A stretch of 64,000 nt of DNA. It comes from Paragordius varius (lineage: Eukaryota > Animalia > Nematomorpha). This document shows, in pieces, positions 26,868-39,123 of the stretch. The translations under genes and the position numbers were made by a program. Under the pieces are notes generated by a model. It ran no database searches. It was given only the letters and a program-made list of their open reading frames with translations, and was not told the origin of the DNA. The stretch lies in the NCBI GenBank assembly GCA_964247055.1, contig OZ176050.1, positions 14,260,001 to 14,324,000 of the forward strand. The letters are read 5' to 3'. Numbering within the stretch: the stretch's first letter is position 1; the number at the start of each line of letters is the position of its first letter.

Positions 26868-28014
26868 TTTTTAAGGACTTGTGGCTAAAACATAGAAAAA
26901 TATTTTGAATTATTAGAGTTAAGTTATTACGTTGAAATATTACCTGAGAAATATTACTAAATTTAAATATTGGTATTGTTATTTAGAGTGTCATTAACAC
27001 TCCATAACCTTTTGGGGTAGTTTTATATCCCACATCATTCAAATTTTTTTGGCTATCTAGCTGAAATTAAAAATTTGTCTTCTTTAGCCTTTTTGGCGCA
27101 TTTAAATGAAATTATAAAAAAATCCTCATCTTAAATTTTTTCGCTGCCATTTTTTTATATATTTTTTAACATGCAAATAAATGTATATTATGGTTAGGAA
27201 ATGTAAATAAATAACTAAAAAGCTTTCATGCATTTTACCAACAAAACTTGATTTATTTTTATGCTGTCCCAATTTTAAACTCTAGAAGTCACAAAACTGT
27301 AAAAAATATAAGTATTTTATCTAACACATGAGAACAATGTTTTATTACTAAAATAATTTTCAAAACTGTAGTTTACATAAACCACAAAAGGTGAACTAGG
27401 ACAAGTAAAAAGGTAATGGTATGGAAATAAATTTTAAAAAAAGTAAAATTTTATGATATCTTAAACTTTTAAACGTCTTTTTTTTCAGTTTTTTTTGCCA
27501 CTTACTGAAATATTGTGGTGAAATTTAAGGATTTTCACACTATCGAATTTGCTAGTTAATTTAAAAATAGACCTTTCTTGCAAAAAAATATTTATTACTA
27601 AAATATATGTCCCCAGAGTGAGTGATCACAATTATTAAGGTTATAGGTTTATGTTTTAGCTAATAGAGTTTCAGTTTGAAAATATACGGACAAAATGTAA
27701 AAATATAAAGACAAAAATATTTTTTTAGAAGACAACCCTAACTTTTATAAACCCTAATTTATATAATTAAAACCATTTAATAACCATCGTAAAATATGCC
27801 ATTAATTGTGTTACCAATAAACGTCATTTTGTAATTTGCAATGACAATGAGTTATAAATGAAAAAATCAAGATATAGTTGTTATATGAAAATATATATCT
27901 TTATATTATTACGTTTCGTCCATAGTATAATTTCAATTTTAACTGTATAAATTATTTATTTGAAAACCACCTATTCAAAGACTTTTATAGTCAATGATAT
28001 TTCTAACTAGGGGT

Positions 28015-28530
28015 GTTTGGATTAAAAAAAATTTTTACTTACTTTAATGGAATACGTTTACAAAATAGATTATGAAAATCAAAAAATGGTGAAATAAATT
28101 GAATATAATTTTTATATCTACAAATTTGACTGAGAGCCAAGTAAAATAAACATACAACTGCCTATTGGTGTGGCAAAGTGTGTTTTTGCAAACGCCTGTG
28201 TAAATATCAAATATTGCCAATTACATTTGTATTACCCAATTTTGAAAGCCTTAACCTTGATATTTGAATACATGTGGGAATAAGATTTTTGTGTTCAAAA
28301 ATTTTTTATAATGCTATTTTTACATCGTGTTTAACATTGCCTAACAGATTTTATTGATTGATTTTTTGGTGTGGCACACTCTTGTTCAAATAAAAATTGA
28401 TATGCCATTGACGCATTTTAATATTATTAATCATACAAGAAGTACCTTAAAATAAATATTTTTTTAATGTTTCAAGGTTTTTAGGCTCTATAATTTTTTT
28501 AGTTATGTATTGAAGGTTAAATATAATATA
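28015..28530. repeat. Dispersed copy of the array spacer element (family C) lacking MITE-B; empty TTAA site at 28251-28254
   Basis: Matches 341-590 joined directly to 1106-1380 (tttgaaagcc-TTAA-ccttgatatttga). Confidence 0.8.
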
Positions 28531-29563
28531 ACACTAAGCAACAAATTTTTATGCCACTCGTGTGTTTTGCATTTTCTGATATTTACCATTATTTTAACAG
28601 TAAATCTTAAATAAAAATTATGATTCCACCTAAGATTTTTATATAATTTGATTTTTCTATAATTATGCGCCCTCTTTATTTAAAATTTTACTATGTTTTT
28701 CTTTGAAATACAACAAATACCCATTTGTAAAACATTATTCGAAAGAGTAATAAAAACTATATAAAATACATACTAATATATTTTACATCGATAGTTAATA
28801 TTGGACATAGGAACCGACAAACCCGCAAAGCGAGAGCTTTTTTCTTAATTAATTATTTTGAAAACTAATGGATAGAAGCTCAAACTTTGTGAATGGCAAT
28901 GAATCCTTCAAAAAAATTTGATTATTATTGCTTTTATGTCATTCCAAACAGCAATTTTCAATTTGATAACATTTTAAAAAAATACCATCATATTAATATT
29001 AATTCTTTTCTTTAGAAAGCTTATAATTCATTAAAGACTAGAAACATTTAGGGTATTTATAGCCATTATGCAATAAATTACAGTTATAACTAAGCATTTT
29101 AGTATTCACTAGGAAAATAATTTTGATAATTATTTTTAAATAAAAAAGCAAAGCAAAAGGTTTTTTAACGATTTTGTTCTGCTAATGTAACCCCAATAAT
29201 TATGTTAAATAATTTATATGATTTTTGGTTAGTTTTTCTGTGAAAATTTTTGTTAAGGGTAAATTTTGACCATAAAAACTCAAACATTTTTAACATCAGA
29301 TTAATATAAATGATTAATTACCATAAGAAAGTGTTATGAATAACTTAATTGTTTTTGTTAACTTATCTCATTTTACTTTATATTAGTTAACTTATGAAAA
29401 TATAATATTATTATCCTTCTCTCTTACCTTAGTGCATAATACACCTTTGTCCTTGTTACGCTAAAAATGTATATAATCTTGGTTGTGAATGCTTACACCT
29501 AAAAACTGTAATATTGAACGTTATGCGAATATATAACTTGGTTGTGAATGCTTTCATCTAAAT

Positions 29564-31479
29564 CAGGGGCGTCCAACACAAATGGCTTGAAGAGCCACCT
29601 TTTCGACCTCAAAATTCCAAGGAGCCACTTTTTATTTATTTATCAATACATTAGTAACAAATAAAATTTATTATATTAGCATATAGATGTGCTAATTTTT
29701 ATTTCAAAAAGGAAATAAACAGTATAAATATAATAATGCTTAGCTAATTAAATTATATCAATGTGTAAAAAAAGATAATGGTTAACTTCAATTCGATAGT
29801 ATGACTAGAGTAGACTGTGGCATTTAATCACCAAAATGTAACCTTTTTTATCTAATAAAAATAAAATAAATAAATATTTTTCATTGCATAATTAAATTTT
29901 TAATGGGATATTTGTTTTGTAATTTTTTTGCTTAATTTATTCAGATCTATATCAATATTTGATACAGCACATCTCAATTCATTCTCCAAGTTTTCAACAG
30001 TTAATAAAGAACGTGAAAGAGATTTTGTGTATTTCATTTTAGAAAAAAAACTTTCACAAAGATAAGTGGACCCATAAGCACAAATTAATCTTTGTGCAAA
30101 AATTCTTAAATTAAGAAATTTATCAAACGTCATATATTTTTTATAAAATTCAATTTTATTTGTTTGCCCAAATAATAATTTTAATTAATTATTGGATTGC
30201 AATCTAGTAATTCCATTTGTAAATTAATAGGAGCCTTGATAGCTTCAACGAATGGACAACAAAATTAATCAAATATTTTTTCATATTTTGTCATATCCCC
30301 GTATCGATTATTAAAAGCTTTTGATAAAATGTTAATTTGATCTGCATATTTTGAAAAATCGTTAGTTTTACCAGCTTTAAATCTATTATATCTTCTGTTA
30401 TATTAAAAAATTTATCTATCCCTAGAATAAAGACTACCAATTGTGATATGTTGCTTATATCTGTGCTTTCATCAAATGACAAGGAAAACGCCACAAAATT
30501 TTGAATTCTTTCTTTTAGGGAAAGTTGAATTTCTTCTGCGATGTCTGTGATTCGTTGACACATAGTATTGCGCGAAAGACTTATAATGTATATTAATTCA
30601 ACTTTATTAGGCAAAACACATTTTATAATTCCAGTACGCATTCCTTTACAAACTCACCATCAGAATAAGTCTTCATTTTTTGGCGAGTAAATTGGCAATA
30701 TAACTTGCCTTTACTATCGGATAAGGTTGCGTGAATGAAATTGTTGGTTGGAGATTATTAATATTTTTTAAAGATTCTAATTTTATTATTTTCATTTCTG
30801 TAGTCATATTAATAAAATCCAAATGCATGGTATTGGCATGTCTTTTTAAATTATATTCGCGAAACCCGTTTGTCGTAAATATGCAAATAAGGCACTCCGC
30901 TTTGTTGAAAATTTGATTATCATATTTTAATTCCCAGTCGGGATTGTATTTTCCACTTACTTTTTTAGATTTATGCATATTGAAAGCTAAATAAATTATT
31001 TTAAATACCTATTTTTTTGCAAGTAATTTAATGTTTCAATGGACCCAAATTATAATTCCCAGTATTGGTATGAAAGCTAAATAAATTATTTTAAATACCT
31101 ATTTTTTACAAGTATTTCAATGTTTCAATGGACCTAAATTATAATTTTCAGTATTGGTATGAAAGCTAAATAAGTTATTTTTATATACCTATTTTTTGCA
31201 AGTAATTTAATGTTTTAAATGTGAAAGTTATCATCTTGTTGGAAATAACATGCAGGAAAAAATGTGTTTTATAAATGATTTAATGAATGCGATGATAGAT
31301 ATTTATAATAATTAAAAGTTTCTAAAAATAATTTAAATGTCAAAATAAAAATGCATAATTTACACATAAAAATTTTTTTAAAAAAAATTAAAAATTATTT
31401 TTTTTTTCAAATTCTAAGAGCCACTCAAAATTTTCAATGAGCCCTTAGTGGCTCGCGAGTATTCTGTTGGACACCCCTG
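29564..31479 (-). mobile_element. Internally deleted Buster-type hAT transposon nested in the Gypsy 5' LTR
   Basis: TIR CAGGGG(C/T)GTCCAAC at both ends. Perfect 8-bp TSD ATCTAAAT (NNNTANNN); empty site in the 3' LTR at 35560-35567. Transposase fragments: BED-like CLIC..NLKRH, AKKMKTYSDGEFVKEC, FDESTDISNISQL, YGSTYLCESFFSKMK. Confidence 0.95.
30981..31220. repeat. ~90-bp tandem repeat (about 2.7 copies) upstream of the hAT transposase start
   Basis: tgaaagctaaataa(a/g)ttattttt?a(a/t)atacctattttt recurs at 30981, 31071 and 31160. Confidence 0.85.
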
Positions 31480-31612
31480 ATCTAAATATTGTAATATTTA
31501 ACCTTATGCAAAAATGCAACCTTGTCTTAAAACTATATATAATGCAATATATTTTATACACAAAGATATATAATTTTTTATGCTATAATAAATTCCTTTT
31601 CGCTTTTTACAT

Positions 31613-31625
31613 TGGCGCGGTCGAT
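31613..31625 (+). promoter_or_regulatory. Primer-binding site, tRNA-Ser-like
   Basis: TGGCGCGGTCGAT, 1 nt after the LTR end, resembles the TGGCGCAGTCGGT tRNA-Ser PBS of insect Gypsy elements. Confidence 0.65.
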
Positions 31626-31872
31626 TTTTTTATTGGGCGGTATTCATTATTATGGAAAAAATAAGTATTGAAAGTTATAAAATCAATAATAACTTTACGG
31701 AATATATTAAATATTTACGAAGAAATTTAGTAAAGGAATACAGGATAATAATGAAAATATTAAAGCCATCTTTCTTGCCCAATCCGGTATTGATAACATT
31801 TCTAGAATTTAACAATTCTTTTACCCCCTTAACATTGAAAACATAGCTTGGGAAGAGATTCATGAAGCTGGG

Positions 31873-34800
31873 GTGAAAATATTTCAACCAACCAAAAATA
31901 CCTTTTTAGCCCGATTCGATTTTTTCAGAGCGGAACGATTAGCGGGTGAAGGATTCTTGGGATTTTTTATAAGACTCAAAAATATAGCCGGCTCATGCGA
32001 GTTCAAAGGGAACGTTGACGAACTAATACGGGACGTATTTATATGTGGATTGAAAAAAAACTAGAGACCGAACTACTTAACAGGTACCCAAGGGCATTAG
32101 ACAACGACACGCCAGTGGGATTAAATAAGGTTCCAAATTTGGCATTAGCGTATGAAAATTCTCGCCTGGAAGTGAACTCAGTGAAAGCGATTAATAATAA
32201 TGATAATATAGAAAGTAATAATAATGATAATAATAATGAAAGTTATAATGATGGTAATATTAAAATGAGAGACAAAATGAAATATATCTGGTTAGACGCA
32301 AATCTAGCGTAAAATAGTGTTTCAAATGCGGTCACACCCACAAATACGGATGCTGCCCAGCTTTTGGGAAGGAATGCTTCAAATGTCACGGTAGAAATTG
32401 GCAGCCAATGCCAAAACAAATATGCCAGCAATAACAGGTATGTGAATAATATATTAAACAAACCTAAAATAAATGTAAAAATAAACTCAACCCACGTCGA
32501 AATGTTATTCGAAACGGGGGCCGACATATCGTTAATAAATTTTAGCATGTGGTTTAAGATAGGGAAGCCCAAAATAAAACCCAATGAAAAATTTTAATTA
32601 ATAACCCAGAAAACTTATATATTTTTTCATTTCCTGTCAAAATCTTATTAATATCCATAATTATTTTAAGAATAATAAAGATATACGGTTTCTCAAAAAT
32701 TAAAAGTTGATATCGATTTAAAATTATGTTAAAAAACAATAAAATAGATGAATTATACGATTTGATTGATAAAAGTTAAAAACGAATCAAAAAAATTAAG
32801 GGACCAACTTGAAGTGTTCGACCAACTTGAAATGTTCAAGGACCAACTTAAACTGTTTAAGGACCAACTTGAAGTGTTCAAGGAGACTCTTGAAGTGCCA
32901 ATGGTATACCCAAATTTGATGATTTGATTTCCAAAATTTCACATGGTAAGACGTTTTTAACATTAGATTTAGAAGATGCGCTTATCTTCAGATTCCAGTG
33001 CAACCGGAATCTCAAAATCTTCTCACAAAATCCACACCTCTTGCGTTTTTTAAATATACTAGGCTCCCTTTTGGTTTGTCGTGTGCACCTAGTATTTTCC
33101 GACAGATCATGGATGAGCTATTAGGAGATTGTAAGGGAACAGCGGTCTATTTAGATGATGTAATTGTTACGGGGGAAACGGATGAGGAGCATTATAGAAA
33201 CCTATTTGAAAGATTAGAACGAATGGGTCTTATATTAAAAAAATAAATTAAAGCTTTTTCAACAGGAAGTAGAATATTTGGGGTTTATCAGAAAAAAATA
33301 TAAAACCAGCGAGCAGTAAGATTAAGACCATTCGCGAGTGTCCAGCCCCTAAAGATAAAACAAGTCTCCGATCGTTTTGGCCTTTTAAACTTTCATTCAC
33401 GATTTATACCTTCACTAAATATAATTGTCAACGAACTTCATCAGCTAGCTGGTTCCAAAAAGAAATGGTGTTGGACAGATGTACATTAAAATATTTTGAA
33501 AGGGCCATGTTGTTAATAGGGAATAACAGCCGTCTCTTTCCTTTTAACCCAAGACTTCCCCTTATATTAGAACAGATGCATCTTGGAAGGGGTTCGGGGC
33601 CATCCTCTCGCACAAGACGTCGGAATTTAAACGACCCATTGCATATTTTTTAAAAAAATGTTTTCCATATTCGGTTATAGAAAAAGAGGCAAAAGCCATT
33701 GTATTAACCCTAGTAAAATTTAAAACGCTTTTATATGGTAGAAAATACGATATTAGAACAGACCATAAACCTCTTATCAAATTATACGGGCAGCAACGTG
33801 TATTAAGCGAGCACAATAGTAAATTGCTAAGATGGATTTCAAAAACATCCATTTTCGACTTCAACATAATGTACTACCCGGGAACCGAAAATTTAGCATC
33901 ACTATCAAGACTACCAACTGAGATAACTGAAGAGTGTACAATGACGAGGATATAGCGCAGGAGGTCCGGTTGCTATGGTGTCAGGAGTTAAACTTAAACA
34001 AGGAGTGGGTGCTTAAGGAAACTATGAGCGATGAGGTGTGTAAACAGATTAAAGCAGCACGAAAGACTAATGATTGGTCTCATCCGGGGGTGCAGTCCCA
34101 TAAACCACTGAGAAATGATATCGAAGAATCATACGGCCTTCTATATCTAGGCGACCGTCTTATTGTTCCACAAAGCATGAGGGTCGATGTTCTTAACTAT
34201 CTTCATAAAGGTCACCCTGTGATACAGTCCATGAAAGCGTTAGGTAAGACTGGTGTGTTTTGGCCCAAATTAAACCAGGATATCCAAAAATGGGTGCAGG
34301 GATGTTTAAGTTGTCAAAAGTCACGGTTCAACATTGCAGTGAGCCCGACTTATAAATGGAACCCGAACACCACCGTTTGGGAGCGATTGGATATAGCGGG
34401 GCCCGTAGATAACATCTACTGGGTCATACTTATAGATCACTGCACCCGTTGGGTAGAAGTGGCACAGCTTAAAACAGTAAACTCGATCAGTATTTTGAAA
34501 GTTTTAGAAATTAGGTTTGCACGAAATGGAACCCTAGAGATGACTGTAACAGAGAATGCGTCGTACTTTAAGTCCGGTGATTTTGAAATAATATTAAGTT
34601 CCTCTAATATCAAGCATGTAACCTTTGCGCCATACCACCCTCGGACAAATGGTTTAGTGGAAAGGGTCATTCAAACATTGAAAACGCACTATTATATGTG
34701 TAATTCTGAAGTAGCAGATCCAGAACGCCGGTTAAACCAGGTACTGTGGGCTTACAGGTCAACACATCACAATGGTATAAATGAGACACCTGCAGGACTA

Positions 34801-35034
34801 TTTTTAAAACGCAATTTACCGACACCGCTGTCCTGGATGAAAGTAAAACCAAAGAATTATATTGATGATGGCACCTCAGATAGTACACGTGAGTTCGTTC
34901 CAGGTGAGAAAGTATTTATAAAGAAAGAGTTAGAAGCCGGTTGGAGAGAGGGAAAAGTAGTAGAGCGGACTGGATTATTGTCCTACAATATCGAAGGTAA
35001 GGGAGGGTTTTATGAAAGCATACTGATCAATTAA
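31873..35034 (+). pseudogene. Gypsy gag-pol remnants: gag ~31873-32300, protease ~32480-32590, RT ~32924-33300, RNase H ~33540-33870, integrase 33934-35034
   Basis: LIRDVFICGL; MLFETGADISLI; YTRLPFGL..AP..F...YLDD; TDAS..GFGAILS; LHKGHP..CLSC, LDIAGP, LIDHCTRWVEV, PYHPRTNGLVER. Confidence 0.9.
32590..32910. mobile_element. Fragment of the foldback-like family F between Gypsy PR and RT
   Basis: Reverse complement of ~36640-36915; includes 21-bp repeats AGGACCAACTTGAAGTGTTCA. Confidence 0.7.
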
Positions 35035-36554
35035 GAGGGCGAAAAGAAGGTCCAGATGAACTTAAGCTGGCCGACCAGAAAGAAATGGAATCGGAACAAC
35101 AGAATAAAAATAATGATAATATCATAGCCCCCCTTTCATGGTCTTATTGATGACAATATCAATAATGATGATACCAATCCTTCCCCGGATATTTGTCAAG
35201 AATTCCACAATAATCAGCAAAGTCCCAACGGCGATAAGATTGCAGAACCCCCAAGCCTGGAAGTACCAGTCGAGAGACGCTATCCAACCAGAAGCCGAAA
35301 AGCCCACAGATACACAAATCACTTTTAAATTTAGATAGGATATATGTTATATAACTTAATTGGTTTTGTTAACTTAACTCAATTGACCTTATATTAGTTA
35401 ACTTATGAAAATATAATATTATCCTTCTCTCTTACCTTAGTGCATAATACACCTTTGTCCTTGTTACGCTAAAAATGTATATTATCTTGGTTTTGAATTC
35501 ACCTAAATACTGTAATATTGAACCTTATGCAAATATATAACTTGGTTGTGAATGCTTTCATCTAAATATTGTAATATTTAACCTTATGCAAAAATGCAAC
35601 TTTGTCTTAAAACTATATATAATGCAATATATTTTTTACACATATATAATTTTTTAAGCTATAATAAATTCCTTTTCGCTTTTTACAGAGAGATAGTTTT
35701 TTGCGCTCTTTTAGATGAAATAAAATACATGGCTCTATATCTACAACTTTTAATTTTGAAAATTACGAGTTTAATGTTAAATCGGATTATCGATAAACCC
35801 TAATGAATTTTTTAGGTATTGGACCATTTTCAGATATACTATTTATGTATTAATGAAATAAATTTTTAATTAACAAGAATGGCAATTAAAATAGCCAAAA
35901 TTTGTTGTCTATTATAAGCATTTTTTTTACCCTAAGAAAAGATGTTGTTAACACTGAATGATTAAAATTTAAAAATTAGGACCTTATTTAGAAATCTCCA
36001 CAGTACATGGTTTATCTAAAATAGTTTTTTTTGAATGAAAGAAAAATGGGTTATGGTTTACCTCGTGGAGTATATTTTAGGTTTTATTTCAAAGTTGCGG
36101 GATTAATGATTCCTTTCCCATTCAAAGAGAGTTCTGACAATAATTTCGGTTAAAATTCTTTTCGAAAAAGTTTCACAATATCATTTTATATTACAAATAA
36201 GTTCTTAAAGTTAAAACGGTCAATGATACTAATTATTAATCATATCGATATCGATATAAGGATTTTAATAAAGTTCAAAATTTACCACTTTATTATGAAT
36301 TAATAAGATAGAGTTTGATCATAACAATTTAAACGATTATTTTTTGCTGGCATTCATGAATAGCTAATTTATACTATGTTGCATGCACAGGTGAAATATT
36401 TAACTGTAAAAATTTAAATTTGAGGACTTAACTCTCAAATTAGTTTGAAAGTGAGATAAAAAATTGGAAAGGGCGAGCCACATATGTTGAAACGGATGGT
36501 TTTTTTCGCAGCAGTGCGCAAACGGTACAATAACACTTTGAAGTATTTATATAT

Positions 36555-37210
36555 ATTTGACATATAACTTAATGACTTTTTACTCATATTTTTGAAAAAA
36601 ATGGTTTGTTTTCAAGTATATATTATTATTTGAATGGAGTTGCTTGAACATCTAAAGTTGGTCCTTGAACACTTTAAATTGATCCTTAAACACTTCAAGT
36701 TAATCTTTTGATTTTTTTGTTTTTGACTTTTATCAAGAAAATCGTGTATCATTCATCTACTCTATCAATTTTGACCTATTTTCTTTATTTAGCATAAACT
36801 TTAAATCAATATCAATTTTTAATCATTCAGAAACCGTATATCTTTAATAATTTCCGAATTATTTTAAATAATTATAAGATTTTGACGCGAAAAATATATA
36901 AATTTTCTAAGTTTTTATTTAAAATTTATAATTAAAAGCATTTATAATTAATAATTTTTAAATTGGGAAAAATTAATAAAAAAAGTGGTTGTTGAAAATT
37001 TTATATTCTTAGTGAATAAAAAATTAAAAAATAAATGCAAAAATTATGGTTGAGAAAACTTTAATTTTAGGGACCAACTTGAAGTGTTCAAGGAATTTGA
37101 AGTTTTAAACGACCAACATGAAGTGTTCAAGGACCAATTTGAAAAGTTCAAGGACACTCTTGCAAATGGTATATACAAGGAAAAAAGTCAACTAATGAAT
37201 ATCAATATTG
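36555..37210. mobile_element. Foldback-like element (family F) with inverted arrays of 21-bp subterminal repeats
   Basis: The 21-mer array is on - at ~36640-36710 and on + at ~37070-37160. Outer inverted ends are degenerate. Confidence 0.6.
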
Positions 37211-39123
37211 GCCTAACGCAAATGGCTAACATATGTATTAATACTTGGAAAAATAGAACATTTTAAAACCAATGATATATCTAAAATTTAAATTCATTAT
37301 TCAACAATTCAATTCCCCCCTTAAGCAATTTAAATTCACCCTCGAACAATTCGAAATTCTCTAACATTTTAAATTCCCCCTAAAATAGTTTTGTGTTATA
37401 TTAAATATTATTGGTAATAATATATGCCATAAAGATATAAATAATGATGAGTTATAATAACCTGATAACATGTATATATTTATAAAAATAGAAAATGCTG
37501 GCTTTGTGATCTGTTTCCGGAAAACCGTTAGAACCATTCAAATTCAAATGCCGAAAAGATATATTCATTAATGAATGCCCGACAATAGCTTCGCCCTTTT
37601 TGGATTAGGTCCCCAGTTCGGGCCCACCCAGTGTAAAAAACTGTTTTTTTTTGAATAATTTATATTTATTGAATTGTTCAAGGGTGCGTGCGATTAAATA
37701 TTAAATGGCTTATATTGTTACACGTCAGAAGCGTTGTAAATATTTATATTTTATCTCCTATTTATCAAAAAACAAAAATTTATTAAAGTTATCATTAACC
37801 ATTTTTATGTCTTATCGAAACTTGATTTACCAATAAAAACATCATTTTGAGGCCATGTATGACGTAATATTTTATGGAGAGCGTGAATTTGAAGATTTAA
37901 AATTTTATTTATAATTCACCAATAAATTTATTAAGCATGAATTTTTGATTTATAAAGTATTCTTATTAAACTTAATAAAATTAAACGACTGATTTTTAAT
38001 TTAAAATGTTTGATTTCCGGGATATACTCTAGCATTTTTGACGAACTTCAAAATTTATTAATCAAGATACAATAATTATTTTTGTACCCTTTTTTATGAT
38101 TTATTAACATGCTAAATTTGGTTAAATTATACTTTTATTTTTCCATGATGTTATATTTAAACTATTTTTATTAAAAATGTATGATAAATAGCGATTTTAC
38201 TGCCAAAGTTATATGCATTTTTAGTTTTTGCATGGCATATGACCTCCAAATAAAAGACAATCTCTGCAAAAATTCTGATCTTCCAAATATTTTCTAAACC
38301 TTAAAATACAATATCATATTTTTAATAATGGAAGAGTTTTTGTATATGAAGCAATAAGTTGTTAACACTCCATTAACTTTTGGGGTAGTTTTATATCCCA
38401 AAACGATAAGAATTTTGATTTTATAATGGAGCCGAATTTTAAAATACGTTTTATTTAGCCTTTTAATCGTATTACACAAAAAAAATTTTTTAAGAAATGT
38501 AAAATTGTAAAAAGATCCTCATCTCAAATTTTTTCCGCAATTTTTTTTTCTCTGATTTTTTTTAAATCGCTAATGAAACAGGCAAATAATTGTATATTAT
38601 GATTAAAAAATGAAAATTTTACCAGAAAAAAACTTGATTTATTTTTATTTGAATATTAGCATTCGTTTCAATCGGGTATTGTAGTGACCCCATTTTAGAC
38701 TCTAGAAGTATCAGAACTGTAAAAAATATAAGTTCTTTTATTTAATACATGAGAACAATGTATAATAATTTTTTAACTAGAATAACTTTCTAAACTGTAG
38801 ATTATTAACAAAATCGAGTGAGATATAAAATTTACAAAGTAAACTAGGGCAGAAAAGTGAAAGGTATAAAGTATAAGTGTTATGATTATTACATAATTTT
38901 TATCGCGCTCTTGGGGCTTTTTGGCATTATTTTAAATTATTATTAAATTTTAGTATGTTATATGTTTTTATTATTTTGATTTAAATTAGTTTTCCTTATA
39001 AGCATTTTGTTATGAAAAAGGTAGTTAAATGACATAATCAAAATAAAATTTATTTATTAATTAGAAAAAAATATAAAAAATGATGAATGAATATTGTTAT
39101 AATTAAATTAAATAATTAGTATG

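Larger units (their letters stand above)
29332..35687 (+). mobile_element. Full-length degenerate Ty3/Gypsy LTR retrotransposon (Mag/K02A2.6-like integrase)
   Basis: TG...CA LTRs: 5' 29332-31611 (including the hAT insert) and 3' 35345-35687. 5-bp TSD GAAAG/GAGAG with one mismatch. PBS at 31613. Purine-rich tract before the 3' LTR. Domain order gag-PR-RT-RH-IN. Confidence 0.92.

Noticed and set aside
32800-32900. CRISPR-like short direct repeats
   Set aside because: They are head-to-tail 21-mers without spacers in a eukaryotic TE; there is no cas context.
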